A stretch of DNA of 64,000 nt from Roseibacillus sp. (lineage in GTDB: Bacteria > Verrucomicrobiota > Verrucomicrobiia > Verrucomicrobiales > Akkermansiaceae): assembly GCA_051251855.1 (NCBI GenBank), contig JBPOGI010000007.1, forward strand, positions 160,001-224,000, in the 5' to 3' direction. Every line of letters begins with the position of its first letter. Positions within the stretch are counted from its first letter, which is position 1. The position numbers were made by a program, and so were the translations under genes. The notes under the pieces were generated by a model. That model was not told where the DNA came from, made no database searches, and saw only the letters and a program-made list of their open reading frames with translations. This document shows, piece by piece, positions 25,644 through 35,641 of the stretch.

Positions 25644-27509
25644 ATGAAAGCGAGACCAAAAGCAAAAGCCAACCCTCCTCGCCCTTCTTGCAAACGCAAG
25701 AACGACGAAACCGAAAAAACCACTGCCCGTCGTGTCACATCACGGTCAATCATCGGAAACTCTCATCCGAGACTTCTTCTCCCAGCACTAGGATTGAGCT
25801 TCTTCGTCTTTACTCCAGCCTTCGCCCAGCGCCCCGACCAAAGCTCATCGAACAACGACCGGTCAGCGGGCCCTCAAACTCCCAGAGCGATGTCACGCGC
25901 ACCTCGTCAGGATGAGGGCTCTCCCCGAGGCGAACGACGAGAACGTCCCGAAGCAGACCTCGATCTTCCCGCCGAAATCGCCCCTATCGATGGTTACGGA
26001 AACAACGAAGCCAATCCCTTGCAGGGAGCCGCAGAGCAACCCTTCATTCGCCTTGCCGAGCCAGCCTATGCCGATGGCGAAAGTGAACCCTCGGGAGAAG
26101 ATCGTCCCAATGCCCGTGCCATCTCAAACGCGATTTGCGCACAGGAAGAAGATATCCCCAACGCCCTCGGAGCCACCGACTACCTTTGGCAATGGGGTCA
26201 ATTCGTCGATCACGATATCGTCGAAACTCCCACCATCGACCCAGCCGAACCCTTCAACATCACAATTCCGGAAGATGATGTGTGGTTCACCCCTGGTTCC
26301 GAGATGAGCCTCAACCGCTCCTTCTACGAAGAACACAGTAGCCCACGCGAACAAGTCAATGCCATCACAGCCTATATTGATGGCTCGATGGTCTACGGCT
26401 CTGATGAAGTGCGCGCTTACGCCCTTCGAGCTCTCGACGGCTCGGGTCACCTCGCAGTGACCACGTCCGACAACGGGGACCTTTTGCCCTACAACTTCAC
26501 TGGACTCGACAACGCCCCCGCCTCTTCACCCAACTTCTTCTTAGCTGGAGATGTGCGAGCAAACGAACAAGTCGGATTAACAGCATTACACACCCTCTTC
26601 GTTCGCGAGCACAACCAATGGGCCGACCGCTTTCTCGACGAGAATCCCGCTGGCACCGGCGAAGAGGCTTACCAGTTCGCGCGCATGGTGGTTACGGCGG
26701 AGATTCAAGCCATCACCTACCGTGAGTTCCTGCCTATCCTGTTAGGTCGGGATGCCCTTCCGCCCTATCGCGGATACGACACGGAGGTCGATGCAAGCAT
26801 CAGCAACGAGTTCGGAGCAGCAGCCTACCGCATGGGCCACACCATGCTCTCATCCCAGTTGCTGCGGTTAGATGCCAGCGGAGAAGAGGCAGAAGAAGGC
26901 AACCTGTCTTTATCGGAAGCATTTTTCAATCCTGATCATATTGAGGAGAACGGAATAGACAGTCTCTTACGCGGTCTTGCCGGCCAAATTTGCCAAGAGC
27001 TGGACGAAAAGGTAGTCAATGATGTCCGCAACCTCCTTTTCGGTGCCCCCGGTTCTGGCGGCTTCGACTTAGCGAGCCTGAACATTCAGCGCGGTCGCGA
27101 CCACGGCCTGCCCGACTACAACACCATGCGGCGCGAAGCACGCCTTCGTCCTGTGCGCCGAGTGGGCGAGATCAATCCCGAGTTAGCGGAAGAACTAGAA
27201 TCTGTTTACACCTCACCCAACCAAGTCGACTTGTGGGTAGGCTGTCTTTGCGAACCGAAAGTGCCCGGCGCCATGGTGGGCCCTCTTTTACAACGAGTGC
27301 TTGCCAACCAATTCCGCCGCTTGCGCGACGGCGACCGCTTCTATTACGAAAGTCATCTTCCCCGCGAGATGAAGAGAATGATCGAGAAGCAAACACTCGC
27401 GACCATCATTCGGCGCAATACCGATATTGGTGACGAACTGCAAGACAACGTCTTCCTTTCAGAGGAAGCAGCTCCCCAACCGAATCGACGACCCAGCCGC
27501 CGACGCTAG
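25644..27509 (+). CDS. Heme peroxidase, peroxidase-cyclooxygenase (animal-type) family, probably secreted
   Basis: WGQFVDHD, GDVRANEQ, AYRMGH and NIQRGRDHG motifs; signal-like segment ending PAFA; true start uncertain. Confidence 0.92.
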   Translation: MKARPKAKANPPRPSCKRKNDETEKTTARRVTSRSIIGNSHPRLLLPALGLSFFVFTPAFAQRPDQSSSNNDRSAGPQTPRAMSRAPRQDEGSPRGERRERPEADLDLPAEIAPIDGYGNNEANPLQGAAEQPFIRLAEPAYADGESEPSGEDRPNARAISNAICAQEEDIPNALGATDYLWQWGQFVDHDIVETPTIDPAEPFNITIPEDDVWFTPGSEMSLNRSFYEEHSSPREQVNAITAYIDGSMVYGSDEVRAYALRALDGSGHLAVTTSDNGDLLPYNFTGLDNAPASSPNFFLAGDVRANEQVGLTALHTLFVREHNQWADRFLDENPAGTGEEAYQFARMVVTAEIQAITYREFLPILLGRDALPPYRGYDTEVDASISNEFGAAAYRMGHTMLSSQLLRLDASGEEAEEGNLSLSEAFFNPDHIEENGIDSLLRGLAGQICQELDEKVVNDVRNLLFGAPGSGGFDLASLNIQRGRDHGLPDYNTMRREARLRPVRRVGEINPELAEELESVYTSPNQVDLWVGCLCEPKVPGAMVGPLLQRVLANQFRRLRDGDRFYYESHLPREMKRMIEKQTLATIIRRNTDIGDELQDNVFLSEEAAPQPNRRPSRRR

Positions 27510-27538
27510 CTGCGAAAAGTAACATTTGAATCCCCATG

Positions 27539-27573
27539 GCCCTTTCATCGTTCTCGATGGAAGGGCTATTTTC
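27539..27573 (+). terminator. Terminator-like hairpin
   Basis: GCCCTTTCATCG-TTCT-CGATGGAAGGGC then TATTTT. Confidence 0.6.
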
Positions 27574-27594
27574 TTAAGAGTGCCCTAAAGTCGT

Positions 27595-27852
27595 TTAGTT
27601 CCCTACACCGCCGCCATTTTTGAGAGCGGCCGCTCTCCTCTTTGTATCATTATCAGAAATCGACTCTCCGTTCTCATCATCCAAGCCAGTGGCCTGCCTG
27701 TTCACACTCCGCTCTCCCTCTCTTTCGCTTCTCTTCTGCTGATACGAAGGCACCATCTCCATTCCAGGGATAGGAGCCATCCACCAACCAAAGTACTGCC
27801 CACTCACTAGGAGGACCGCACCCGCAAAAATAAGAGTAATCGCTGATTTCAC
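27595..27852 (-). CDS. Small hypothetical exported/membrane protein
   Basis: Hydrophobic N-terminus MKSAITLIFAGAVLLVSG; fills the intergenic gap. Confidence 0.45.
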   Translation of the reverse strand: MKSAITLIFAGAVLLVSGQYFGWWMAPIPGMEMVPSYQQKRSEREGERSVNRQATGLDDENGESISDNDTKRRAAALKNGGGVGN

Positions 27853-27960
27853 TTCGGTAGAATATCACAATTTCCAAAATTAAAAAAGGAGCGTTCTTGG
27901 GTGAGGCGAAATCACAGTGTATCCTTGATTCTTAGCCTGACAGTCCTGAGTCTACTTGTC

Positions 27961-28917
27961 TTGAAGGCGAAAAACATTCTCATCACGGGAGGAGCTGGCT
28001 TCATCGGCTCCCACCTTTCCGAACTTCTCATTGAAGAGGGTCACCAAGTGACCATTTTGGACGATTTCAACGACTACTACGATCCCGCCAACAAAGAAGC
28101 CAACCTCGCTCGCTTTCAGGATAAAGTCACCGTCATCCGAGCCGATATCCGTGACGCTGTCGCCGTAGAAAGAGCCTTTGCCGCGGGAAACTTCGATAGC
28201 GTCGTTCACCTAGCAGCACGAGCCGGCGTACGCCCCTCAATCTCGGATCCCAAACTTTACGTCACCACTAACATTGACGGCACCTTCAACCTTCTTGACG
28301 CCTGCCGCTATCATGAAGTCCCTCAGTTCATCTTCGCCTCTTCCTCTTCCGTCTACGGTGTGAACGAGAAGGTTCCCTTTGCTGAGACAGACGCCCTCAC
28401 CCGCACCATTTCCCCCTACGCGGCCACTAAACTCGCCTGTGAGCAGATTTGCTCGAACTACGCGCACTTGTTCGGCATTCGCATTATGTGTCTGCGCTTT
28501 TTCACCGTCTACGGACCCCGTCAAAGGCCCGACCTCGCCATCAACAAATTCACCAAGCGCATTCTCGCTGGCGAACCAATTCAACGTTATGGTGACGGCA
28601 GTAGCCGAAGGGACTACACCTTCATCAGCGACATCGTAGCCGGCATTCAAGCATCACTCACATATGAAGGGAGTAATTTCGAAATCGTTAACCTCGGAGG
28701 ATCACACACCACCACCTTAAGCGAGCTCATCGAAACCCTTGAGGACGTGATTGGCCAAGAAGCGATTATTGAAGAACTCCCTGACCAACCCGGCGACGTG
28801 CCTCAAACCTCAGCCGATGTCTCCAAGGCAAAAGCCATCTGGAACTGGGAGCCACAGGTCTCGATCAAGGACGGCCTCACCCAATACGTAGAATGGTTCC
28901 GCGAGCGAGGGCGCTAA
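27961..28917 (+). CDS. NAD-dependent epimerase (UDP-glucuronate 4-epimerase-like)
   Basis: ITGGAGFIG, HLAARAGVR, ASSSSVYG, YAATK, RFFTVYGPRQRPD; likely TTG start at 27961. Confidence 0.9.
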   Translation: MKAKNILITGGAGFIGSHLSELLIEEGHQVTILDDFNDYYDPANKEANLARFQDKVTVIRADIRDAVAVERAFAAGNFDSVVHLAARAGVRPSISDPKLYVTTNIDGTFNLLDACRYHEVPQFIFASSSSVYGVNEKVPFAETDALTRTISPYAATKLACEQICSNYAHLFGIRIMCLRFFTVYGPRQRPDLAINKFTKRILAGEPIQRYGDGSSRRDYTFISDIVAGIQASLTYEGSNFEIVNLGGSHTTTLSELIETLEDVIGQEAIIEELPDQPGDVPQTSADVSKAKAIWNWEPQVSIKDGLTQYVEWFRERGR

Positions 28918-29053
28918 AGGACTGCCACAAGCCTCTCAATCACTGAAGCGATTTAACAAGCACTGTCACGACCGCTCCTTCATCCCGTCTTCGGTCACGA
29001 ACACTATAGAAGCCATGCTCGCTCCCTGAGGGACCTTCTCCTTCGCTCTCTTT

Positions 29054-30571
29054 ATGAAACAGCTTTCGCCAACTCGCCTATTCCTCGTTTTCCTTCTCGG
29101 AATGACGGTCTTTCGCTTGCTTTGGCACGCCCTCCTCAATCCCATGGGTATTATGGGTGACGAGGCTTACAACTGGGACTGGGGGCGTCACCTCGCTTGG
29201 GGTTACTATTCCAAGCCTCCTGGCTCGGCTTGGCTTCATGGCCTCGTGGGCTTTCTCAGCAACGACTCTTTATTCGCGATCAAAGCGACCGCCACCCTTC
29301 TCGCCGGAGGCAGCGCCCTCCTCTTCTTCTTCACCCTGAGGCATGTCTTCACCGAACGTTTCGCCTTTTGGGTCGGGCTCCTTTACCTCCTGTGCCCCGG
29401 CCAACAAATGGTTTCTTCCATCCTCACCGCCGACGCCCAACTCCTTCTTTATTGGAACCTGGCCCTCTTCGCCACTGCTCGGATTCTATTTCCCAAGGAA
29501 TCCCAATCTTCGAACTCTCTCAATTTTCTCCTTCTCTTCCTTGCGCTCGCTCTCGGCCATCTCGCCAAGCAGATGATGCTGATTCAGATTCCGCTTCTGC
29601 TGATGGCGGTGGCTTGGATTCGCCCCACTCTTTTTAAGAATCCCCTGCTCTACCTCGTCCCGATTGCCTCCTTAGTCAGCCTCATTCCTCCCCTCTACTG
29701 GAATGCTCAAAACGACTGGATCACAGTCGAACACACCGCCCATCACTTCGAGTCTGAGCAATTCTCTCTCCTAGCCATCCTAGAACGTTTCGGCGTGCTT
29801 CTTCTACTTTCCTCAATCTTGCTCACTCCCTTAGCGGTGGCTGCGATACCTCGTTCGTTACGACTTTGGATTCGAGAAAGAAGAAGAATCGCCCCCAAAA
29901 CAGCATTCTTCATTCTCTACGGAGCACTCCCATTCGCCATCATGTTCACCATGACCTTGCGGCAGGACGTTAACCCCAACTGGCCTGCTGCTTACCACGG
30001 AGGCACCTTGGCCCTAGCTGGAATCTTCTTTGCTTTCCGAGGGGAAGAACTCACCAAAGCTTGGCGCGTTTCAATGAGAATCGCCGTCGCCACCACCGCT
30101 CTCATTGTCGTCGGCTTTCCGGCAGCAGAATTGCTTTTCAAGGTCACCCCTCTCAAGGCCCAGCGCCGCACCTACTGGGGATACCCTGAACTATCGGCGA
30201 AGATTTCCCAACATAACCCCGAAGGCAACCACGCTATTATTTTGAGAGGCCACCGCGATGGCGCCTCCGAATTCGCCTTTAATATGCCAGGCAAACCTGA
30301 AGTTCACGTTTGGAACGAAAAAAACAGAATCGCTCACCAATACGACTTCTGGCCCGGCCCCGATGTCGGCACCCCCACCCTTCTCATCATCGAGAGGCGT
30401 CGAGAATCGAGTAAAGCAACACCGAGCGACCGAATGCGAGAGTCATTCGACGACATCGAGTTTCTTGGCGAGTATGGACTTCACCCCTCGCGAGACTACC
30501 CTCGCTTTAAAGTCTATCGAACTTCGCCCCTTAAGTCCTGGCCTTCGCCGATTGAGAGTTCGCGGCGATAA
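29054..30571 (+). CDS. ArnT/PMT family (GT-C) glycosyltransferase
   Basis: DEAYNWDW...WGYYSKPP motif, multiple TM helices. Confidence 0.85.
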   Translation: MKQLSPTRLFLVFLLGMTVFRLLWHALLNPMGIMGDEAYNWDWGRHLAWGYYSKPPGSAWLHGLVGFLSNDSLFAIKATATLLAGGSALLFFFTLRHVFTERFAFWVGLLYLLCPGQQMVSSILTADAQLLLYWNLALFATARILFPKESQSSNSLNFLLLFLALALGHLAKQMMLIQIPLLLMAVAWIRPTLFKNPLLYLVPIASLVSLIPPLYWNAQNDWITVEHTAHHFESEQFSLLAILERFGVLLLLSSILLTPLAVAAIPRSLRLWIRERRRIAPKTAFFILYGALPFAIMFTMTLRQDVNPNWPAAYHGGTLALAGIFFAFRGEELTKAWRVSMRIAVATTALIVVGFPAAELLFKVTPLKAQRRTYWGYPELSAKISQHNPEGNHAIILRGHRDGASEFAFNMPGKPEVHVWNEKNRIAHQYDFWPGPDVGTPTLLIIERRRESSKATPSDRMRESFDDIEFLGEYGLHPSRDYPRFKVYRTSPLKSWPSPIESSRR

Positions 30572-30577
30572 CGACGC

Positions 30578-32023
30578 TCAGCCCAAGTCAGGCCGACCGT
30601 AAAGCGTATAGCCTGTCGAATCATCGACCTGAACATCGAAAATCTCGCCAGTCATACGCTCCACATCGCCATCAAAGATGACGATTTTATTGTGCACCGT
30701 ACGTCCACTCAGCCTGGCCTTGTTCGTCTTGCTTGGCCCCTCGCAAAGGACCTGCTGACGGGTTCCAATGAGAGCAGCATTCTTAGCCGTGGTGAGTTCA
30801 TTCTGAACACGAAGAAGCTCCTGATTCCGCTCCTCCTTCACCTTCTCAGAGAGCTGCCCCTCCATCTCAGATGCCGGCGTGTCTTTGCGCTTCGAATAGC
30901 GAAAGATGAAACTATTATCGAAGCCAATATGCTTCACACAATCGACCGTCGCTTGGAAGTCTTCTTCTGTTTCGGTCGGGAAGCCCACGATGATGTCGGT
31001 AGTGATCGCCATATCAGGCCGAGCCGCTTGCATTTTTTCACAAATCGCAATGAACTTCTCATTCTTGTAAGGACGACGCATCGCCTTCAAAATCCGGTCA
31101 CTACCACTTTGCATCGGAAAGTGAATGTGCGAACAAAGCTTGGGGAGGTAGGTGAACGCCGCCACCAAATCATCCCGATAACCAATCGGATGTGGACTCG
31201 TAAATCGAATACGCTCGATACCTTCCACCTCATGCACAGCCTCTAACAACTGCACGAATGGTGACTTACCATCGACCTTAGGAAACTCGGTTCGGCCATA
31301 GAGATTTACAATTTGCCCCAGCAAAGTAATTTCCTTCACCCCTTCGTCACGAAGGTGCTTCACCTCATCGACAATCTGGGTGATGGGACGCCCCCGCTCC
31401 TTTCCTCGAGTGTCTGGGACGATGCAAAAACTACAACGCATGTTGCAACCTTGCATGATGCTCACGAAAGAACTCGCCCTCTTCTCAGCAGAAGGGACAT
31501 GGTCACGGATCGTATTCTGGCTTCCGTCTTCCTCTTCAATATCGACCAGCCCCTCAGAAACAGGCTTAGGTTTACCGTTACTGCCCAAAGGACGAATGTG
31601 AACTTCTTCTTCCACTCGCGAGGTCACCATCTCAGCTCCGACCTCATCCATCCGACCCACCAGACGAGTTTTGAGAATCCCATCCACATGGTGAAAAACT
31701 CGGTGATACTTCTGAGTCCCCACCACGACATCGAGATGAGGGATCCTATCAAAAAGCTCCGCTCCTCGGCTCTGAGCCATGCAGCCCATAAATCCGTAGA
31801 CTACATGGGGCCGCTCCTCGCGGTGCTTCCCCATCATCCCCATCTTGCCCAAGGCCTTTTGCTCCGCCTGATCCCGCACCGAGCAGGTGTTTACCAGAAT
31901 GGCATCGGCATCGGTTTCATCCTTCGTCAGAGTGTAGCCTCCGTCCACGAACTCACGAGCAACCTGCTCGGAGTCGCGTTCGTTCATCTGTCATCCGTAG
32001 GTCTTAATAAATACTTTCGGCAT
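30578..32023 (-). CDS. miaB: tRNA-2-methylthio-N6-dimethylallyladenosine synthase MiaB, with in-frame TGA at codon 11
   Basis: MPKVFIKTYG*QMNERDSE, NTCSVR, GCMAQ, radical SAM CNMRCSFC, RFTSPHP, TDIIVGFP, C-terminal TRAM domain. Confidence 0.93.
31947..31983 (-). promoter_or_regulatory. SECIS-like mRNA hairpin 3' of the miaB UGA
   Basis: mRNA ACGAACGCGACUC-CGAGCA-GGU-UGCUCG-U-GAGUUCGU; the apical GGU loop starts 26 nt after the UGA. Confidence 0.6.
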
Positions 32024-32092
32024 AATAGCGGGACGGGAGGCTATAACCCTTCACCGAGAAAACTCAATCGCGAAGGAATAAGAAAACGACGC

Positions 32093-32127
32093 AAAAAAAG
32101 AGAGCAGAGGATCACTCCCCTGCTCTC
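32093..32127 (-). terminator. Rho-independent terminator of the OMP gene
   Basis: GAGAGCAG...CTGCTCTC stem with A7 on the + strand (U-tract on -). Confidence 0.7.
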
Positions 32128-32153
32128 AGTTAAATTAAACCAGGCGGTCTACT

Positions 32154-32765
32154 TTAGAAGTAGAAGCGCATTCCGATCTCGACGTTGGTGAGGCTGTCAC
32201 CAATCTCGTCTGCAACGCCGAAGACGTCAGAAGGAGACCAAGAATAGTTCACGCCAGCATAGACAGCCATGTGTGAACGGATGAAGTACTTAACGCCGAG
32301 CTCTCCAGAGAAAGCGAAGCCGTCGTTGCCCAACACCTCTTCGGTACCGACAAAGCGGTCACCTGAAGCTGCGTATGAAGCACCGAAACCAACGTAAGGA
32401 ACCCACTTGGAGCCGGTTGCGAAGTTGTACTCAGTGAAAAGACCGAAGCGGCTATCGCGAAGGATGTCACCGTCTTCACCTGCCCAGTCGACAGAGAAAC
32501 CGAACTCCCAGTTGTCCTGGATGAACCAACCGTAAGTCATGTTGAGATCCCAAGCGACACCGTCGTTGAGGTCAACGCTTCCGCCGATACCGAGTTCTTG
32601 AGTTCCCGCTGCAAGCATTGGGAGAGAGTTGTCACTGACGTTCATGAAGCCAGAGTTTCCGCCAGCCTGCTGGAGACCGACACCGTCATCAACGACACCA
32701 CCTGCAAAAGCAGTGGTAGCGGTCGCGATTGTTCCTGCGACGAGGAGTGTTGCGTATTTTTTCAT
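32154..32765 (-). CDS. Outer-membrane beta-barrel protein (8-stranded type)
   Basis: Signal peptide, WVPYVGFG, ELGVKYF, C-terminal GMRFYF. Confidence 0.85.
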   Translation of the reverse strand: MKKYATLLVAGTIATATTAFAGGVVDDGVGLQQAGGNSGFMNVSDNSLPMLAAGTQELGIGGSVDLNDGVAWDLNMTYGWFIQDNWEFGFSVDWAGEDGDILRDSRFGLFTEYNFATGSKWVPYVGFGASYAASGDRFVGTEEVLGNDGFAFSGELGVKYFIRSHMAVYAGVNYSWSPSDVFGVADEIGDSLTNVEIGMRFYF

Positions 32766-32946
32766 TATTGTTTTTGGGATGGGTTAAGCGATTCAATGAT
32801 TTTCAAGGAATCTCAATGACCGCTGCCGAGGAGACAGAGCCACAAACTTCTGTCTTTGGCCACATGAAATTTATTCATATTTACTGAAAAAAAACTTAGT
32901 TTTCCCCGACCTATAAGATACCCTGATTATCAGAAAACCAACCAAT

Positions 32947-33837
32947 TTGCCCCCGCTCATCGACAGTTTCATTATGTATCTCGCTACCGAGAGGGGCCTT
33001 TCTGCGGCCTATCAACTCTCGGTTCGTCAATCACTGGACGCCCTTAACCTTTGGTCAGAAAAAAAAGGGCTCTGTCATCCATCCCAAATATCAACCGATA
33101 AACTGTCAGGATTTTTGACCGCACGTCGCAAAAGTGGTCTTAGCGCTTCCTCTCAGCGCATTCTCGTAGTGCATCTTAAGATCTTCTTTCGCTTTCTCGT
33201 CTCTCGGCACGGTATGACCCACGATCCGGCGGAAGCCCTTCTCGCTCCCAAGCAACCTTCTAAACTCCCAGAAACCCTTTCCGCCGAGCACCTCAGAGCC
33301 CTTCTCAGCTCCATCGACCCAGCCAAACCACTGGGCAAGAGAGACCTCGCCATGATGGAACTTTTCTACTCTTCCGGCCTACGACTCTCTGAGCTTTGTA
33401 ATGCTCGCTTTGAGCACTTAGACGAAGATGACGCCATCCTTCGGGTCACCGGAAAGGGAAACAAAACTCGTCTTGTACCCGTGGGTGATCGCGCCCTGCA
33501 AGCTATCGCTCACTACCTCGTCAGCGAGCGGCCCGAACTTGTCAAATCAGGGAAGACCTCCTCCCATCTCTTTCTTTCCATCCGAGGCGGACCTCTCTCC
33601 CCCGACCGAGTCCGTCAAATCGTAAAGAGCCGAGCCGAACAAGCCGGACTCCCTCACAAAATCTATCCCCATCTGCTCCGACATTCCTTTGCCACCCACC
33701 TCCTCGAAGGAGGCGCTGACCTCCGCGTGATCCAAGAGCTCCTCGGACATGCCGACATCTCCACCACCCAGATCTACACCCACCTCGATCAGAAGCACCT
33801 CGTTCAGACCCACAAGAACCACCACCCTAGGGCCTGA
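32947..33837 (+). CDS. xerD: Tyrosine recombinase XerD
   Basis: RDLAMMELFYSSGLRLSEL, GKGNKTRLVP, HLLRHSFATHLLEGGADLRVIQELLGHADISTTQIYTH; TTG start. XerC not strictly excluded. Confidence 0.8.
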   Translation: MPPLIDSFIMYLATERGLSAAYQLSVRQSLDALNLWSEKKGLCHPSQISTDKLSGFLTARRKSGLSASSQRILVVHLKIFFRFLVSRHGMTHDPAEALLAPKQPSKLPETLSAEHLRALLSSIDPAKPLGKRDLAMMELFYSSGLRLSELCNARFEHLDEDDAILRVTGKGNKTRLVPVGDRALQAIAHYLVSERPELVKSGKTSSHLFLSIRGGPLSPDRVRQIVKSRAEQAGLPHKIYPHLLRHSFATHLLEGGADLRVIQELLGHADISTTQIYTHLDQKHLVQTHKNHHPRA

Positions 33838-33852
33838 CCTCCTCCCTCCAAG

Positions 33853-33893
33853 AAAAAAGGACGCCTTCCCTCGCGGGAAGACGTCCTTCAAAA
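33853..33893. terminator. Terminator between convergent xerD and the lipoprotein gene
   Basis: AAAAAAGGACGCCTTCCC-TCGC-GGGAAGACGTCCTT hairpin. Confidence 0.7.
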
Positions 33894-33913
33894 ATTCGAT
33901 TTGGAAAAAGCTC

Positions 33914-34681
33914 TTACTTGAGCTTCACCGTCACCTTCTCTTTCGACTCCATCTCGATACCGTCCAACTCCTTCACCGCAGCGGTAAAGGCTTCGCGAGA
34001 CTCTACATCAAGCTTCTTCATCGCGGCAAAGCCACCCTCATTCTTCATCATCTCATCAAAGTTCATCGACATCAAGTTGATGGTATTCCCTTCGTGGTAA
34101 GTCGCGTTTGTGGAATCAATTCCTCCCTCAAAGACCATCTTCGCAGACATCTTGAACCCCGCGAACATCGGTGCTGCCATTGCCATTTCCTCTTCGCTCA
34201 TATCATCATCACCTAATCCAAGGCCCTCCTCAGAAGGATCCGGCGTCGTAATGGTGAGCACCCCATCGTTGAACGAAAACATCTTCAGATCCTCCTCTTC
34301 ATCGTCCAAGTCCTCTTCGTCCGCCATCATCGCTCCAGGAGTAAACTTCAAGGTCGAGATATCCGCGAACTTGAAGACTGTGGTAAAGCTCACGCCACCG
34401 TCTTTCTCCTCCTTCGTCACCTCGACAAACTCTACCCCTTCGCCATACTTTGCCGCTTTGGCTTTCAGACTCTTCTCGCTAAACTTCGCCAACGGATCTT
34501 CTCCCCCCTCCGTCGCACCCATTCCCATCATGGCCACCATTTGCGCGCCCATCACCACTTTTTCGGTCAAGAGACCCGAGCCATCCTTGTTGACCGAAAT
34601 CGTCGATTCCATCTCCAAACATCCGCTGAGGCCAATCAGCGCCATCATCGCCCCAACGAGGGCCAGTACTTTTTTAAACAT
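33914..34681 (-). CDS. Hypothetical lipoprotein
   Basis: ATG at 34681 with GGAGG upstream; lipobox LSGC; INKDGSG-like VNKDGSG motif. Confidence 0.8.
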   Translation of the reverse strand: MFKKVLALVGAMMALIGLSGCLEMESTISVNKDGSGLLTEKVVMGAQMVAMMGMGATEGGEDPLAKFSEKSLKAKAAKYGEGVEFVEVTKEEKDGGVSFTTVFKFADISTLKFTPGAMMADEEDLDDEEEDLKMFSFNDGVLTITTPDPSEEGLGLGDDDMSEEEMAMAAPMFAGFKMSAKMVFEGGIDSTNATYHEGNTINLMSMNFDEMMKNEGGFAAMKKLDVESREAFTAAVKELDGIEMESKEKVTVKLK

Positions 34682-34744
34682 TGCCCCTCCATGAAACCTT
34701 TTTCCCCGCTTTCCACAATTCAGAAACATCGCTAACATCCCCTC

Positions 34745-35587
34745 GTGAGCGACCTCGCTGTTGATATCAAAGACCTCGTCAAAGAGTTCCCCGCCGCGAT
34801 CAAGCGAACCAAGCATCGCGCCGTCGATAACGTCTCCCTCACCATCGGTCGCGGCCAAGTCTACGGCCTCATTGGCCCCAATGGCTCCGGAAAATCCACC
34901 ACAATGAAGGCCCTCCTCGGCCTCCTCGCCCCCACCAGCGGCACCTGCGAAATTTTCGGCAAAAACTCCCTCAAAACCGACTCGCGCAAAGACGTCGGCT
35001 ATCTTCCCGAAAACCCCTATTTCTACAAACACCTCACCGGCAAAGAAACCCTCAAATTCTACGGCAAGCTCTGCGGAATGAAGGGCAAAACGTTGAACGC
35101 ACGCATCGAGGAACTCCTCGAACTCGCCTCCCTCACCGAAGCTGGAGACCGCCGTCTCGCCGGCTATTCCAAGGGCATGCTGCAACGCATCGGCCTCGCC
35201 CAAGCCCTCATTCAATCGCCCCGCCTCCTCATCCTCGACGAACCCACCGCCGGCGTCGACCCCTTGGGCTCCCGACAGATCCGCGACCTTATTCTCGACC
35301 TCAAGTCCAACGGCATCACCGTTTTCCTCTGCTCCCACCTCCTCGAGCAAGTGCAAGAAATCTGCGATACCATCGGCATTATTCATCAAGGAAAAATGCT
35401 CAGGCAGGGCCCTCTCGACGAACTCGTCGCCCTCGAAGACCAGACCGAAGTGATGCTTCAAAACGCCTCCCCCGAGCTCATCGCCCAAATCAAGAACCTC
35501 GTCGCCTCCGATCCCAACGGCGAACTCCTCTCCGCTTCTCACCCTCGCACCTCTCTCGAAAAGCTCTTCCTTGAAGAAACCAAGTGA
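34745..35587 (+). CDS. ABC transporter ATP-binding protein
   Basis: GPNGSGKST, YSKGMLQR, LILDEPTAG, H-loop CSHLL. Confidence 0.93.
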   Translation: MSDLAVDIKDLVKEFPAAIKRTKHRAVDNVSLTIGRGQVYGLIGPNGSGKSTTMKALLGLLAPTSGTCEIFGKNSLKTDSRKDVGYLPENPYFYKHLTGKETLKFYGKLCGMKGKTLNARIEELLELASLTEAGDRRLAGYSKGMLQRIGLAQALIQSPRLLILDEPTAGVDPLGSRQIRDLILDLKSNGITVFLCSHLLEQVQEICDTIGIIHQGKMLRQGPLDELVALEDQTEVMLQNASPELIAQIKNLVASDPNGELLSASHPRTSLEKLFLEETK

Positions 35588-35641
35588 ACACGCCTCGGAA
35601 AATTCTTTAACCTTTCCTAAATAACCGTAAACTCCCCACCC

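Noticed and set aside
32947..33837. Tyrosine recombinase as the island integrase or integron integrase
   Set aside because: XerD-like size and motifs, no evident IntI-specific insertion, and not adjacent to the island or cassettes.
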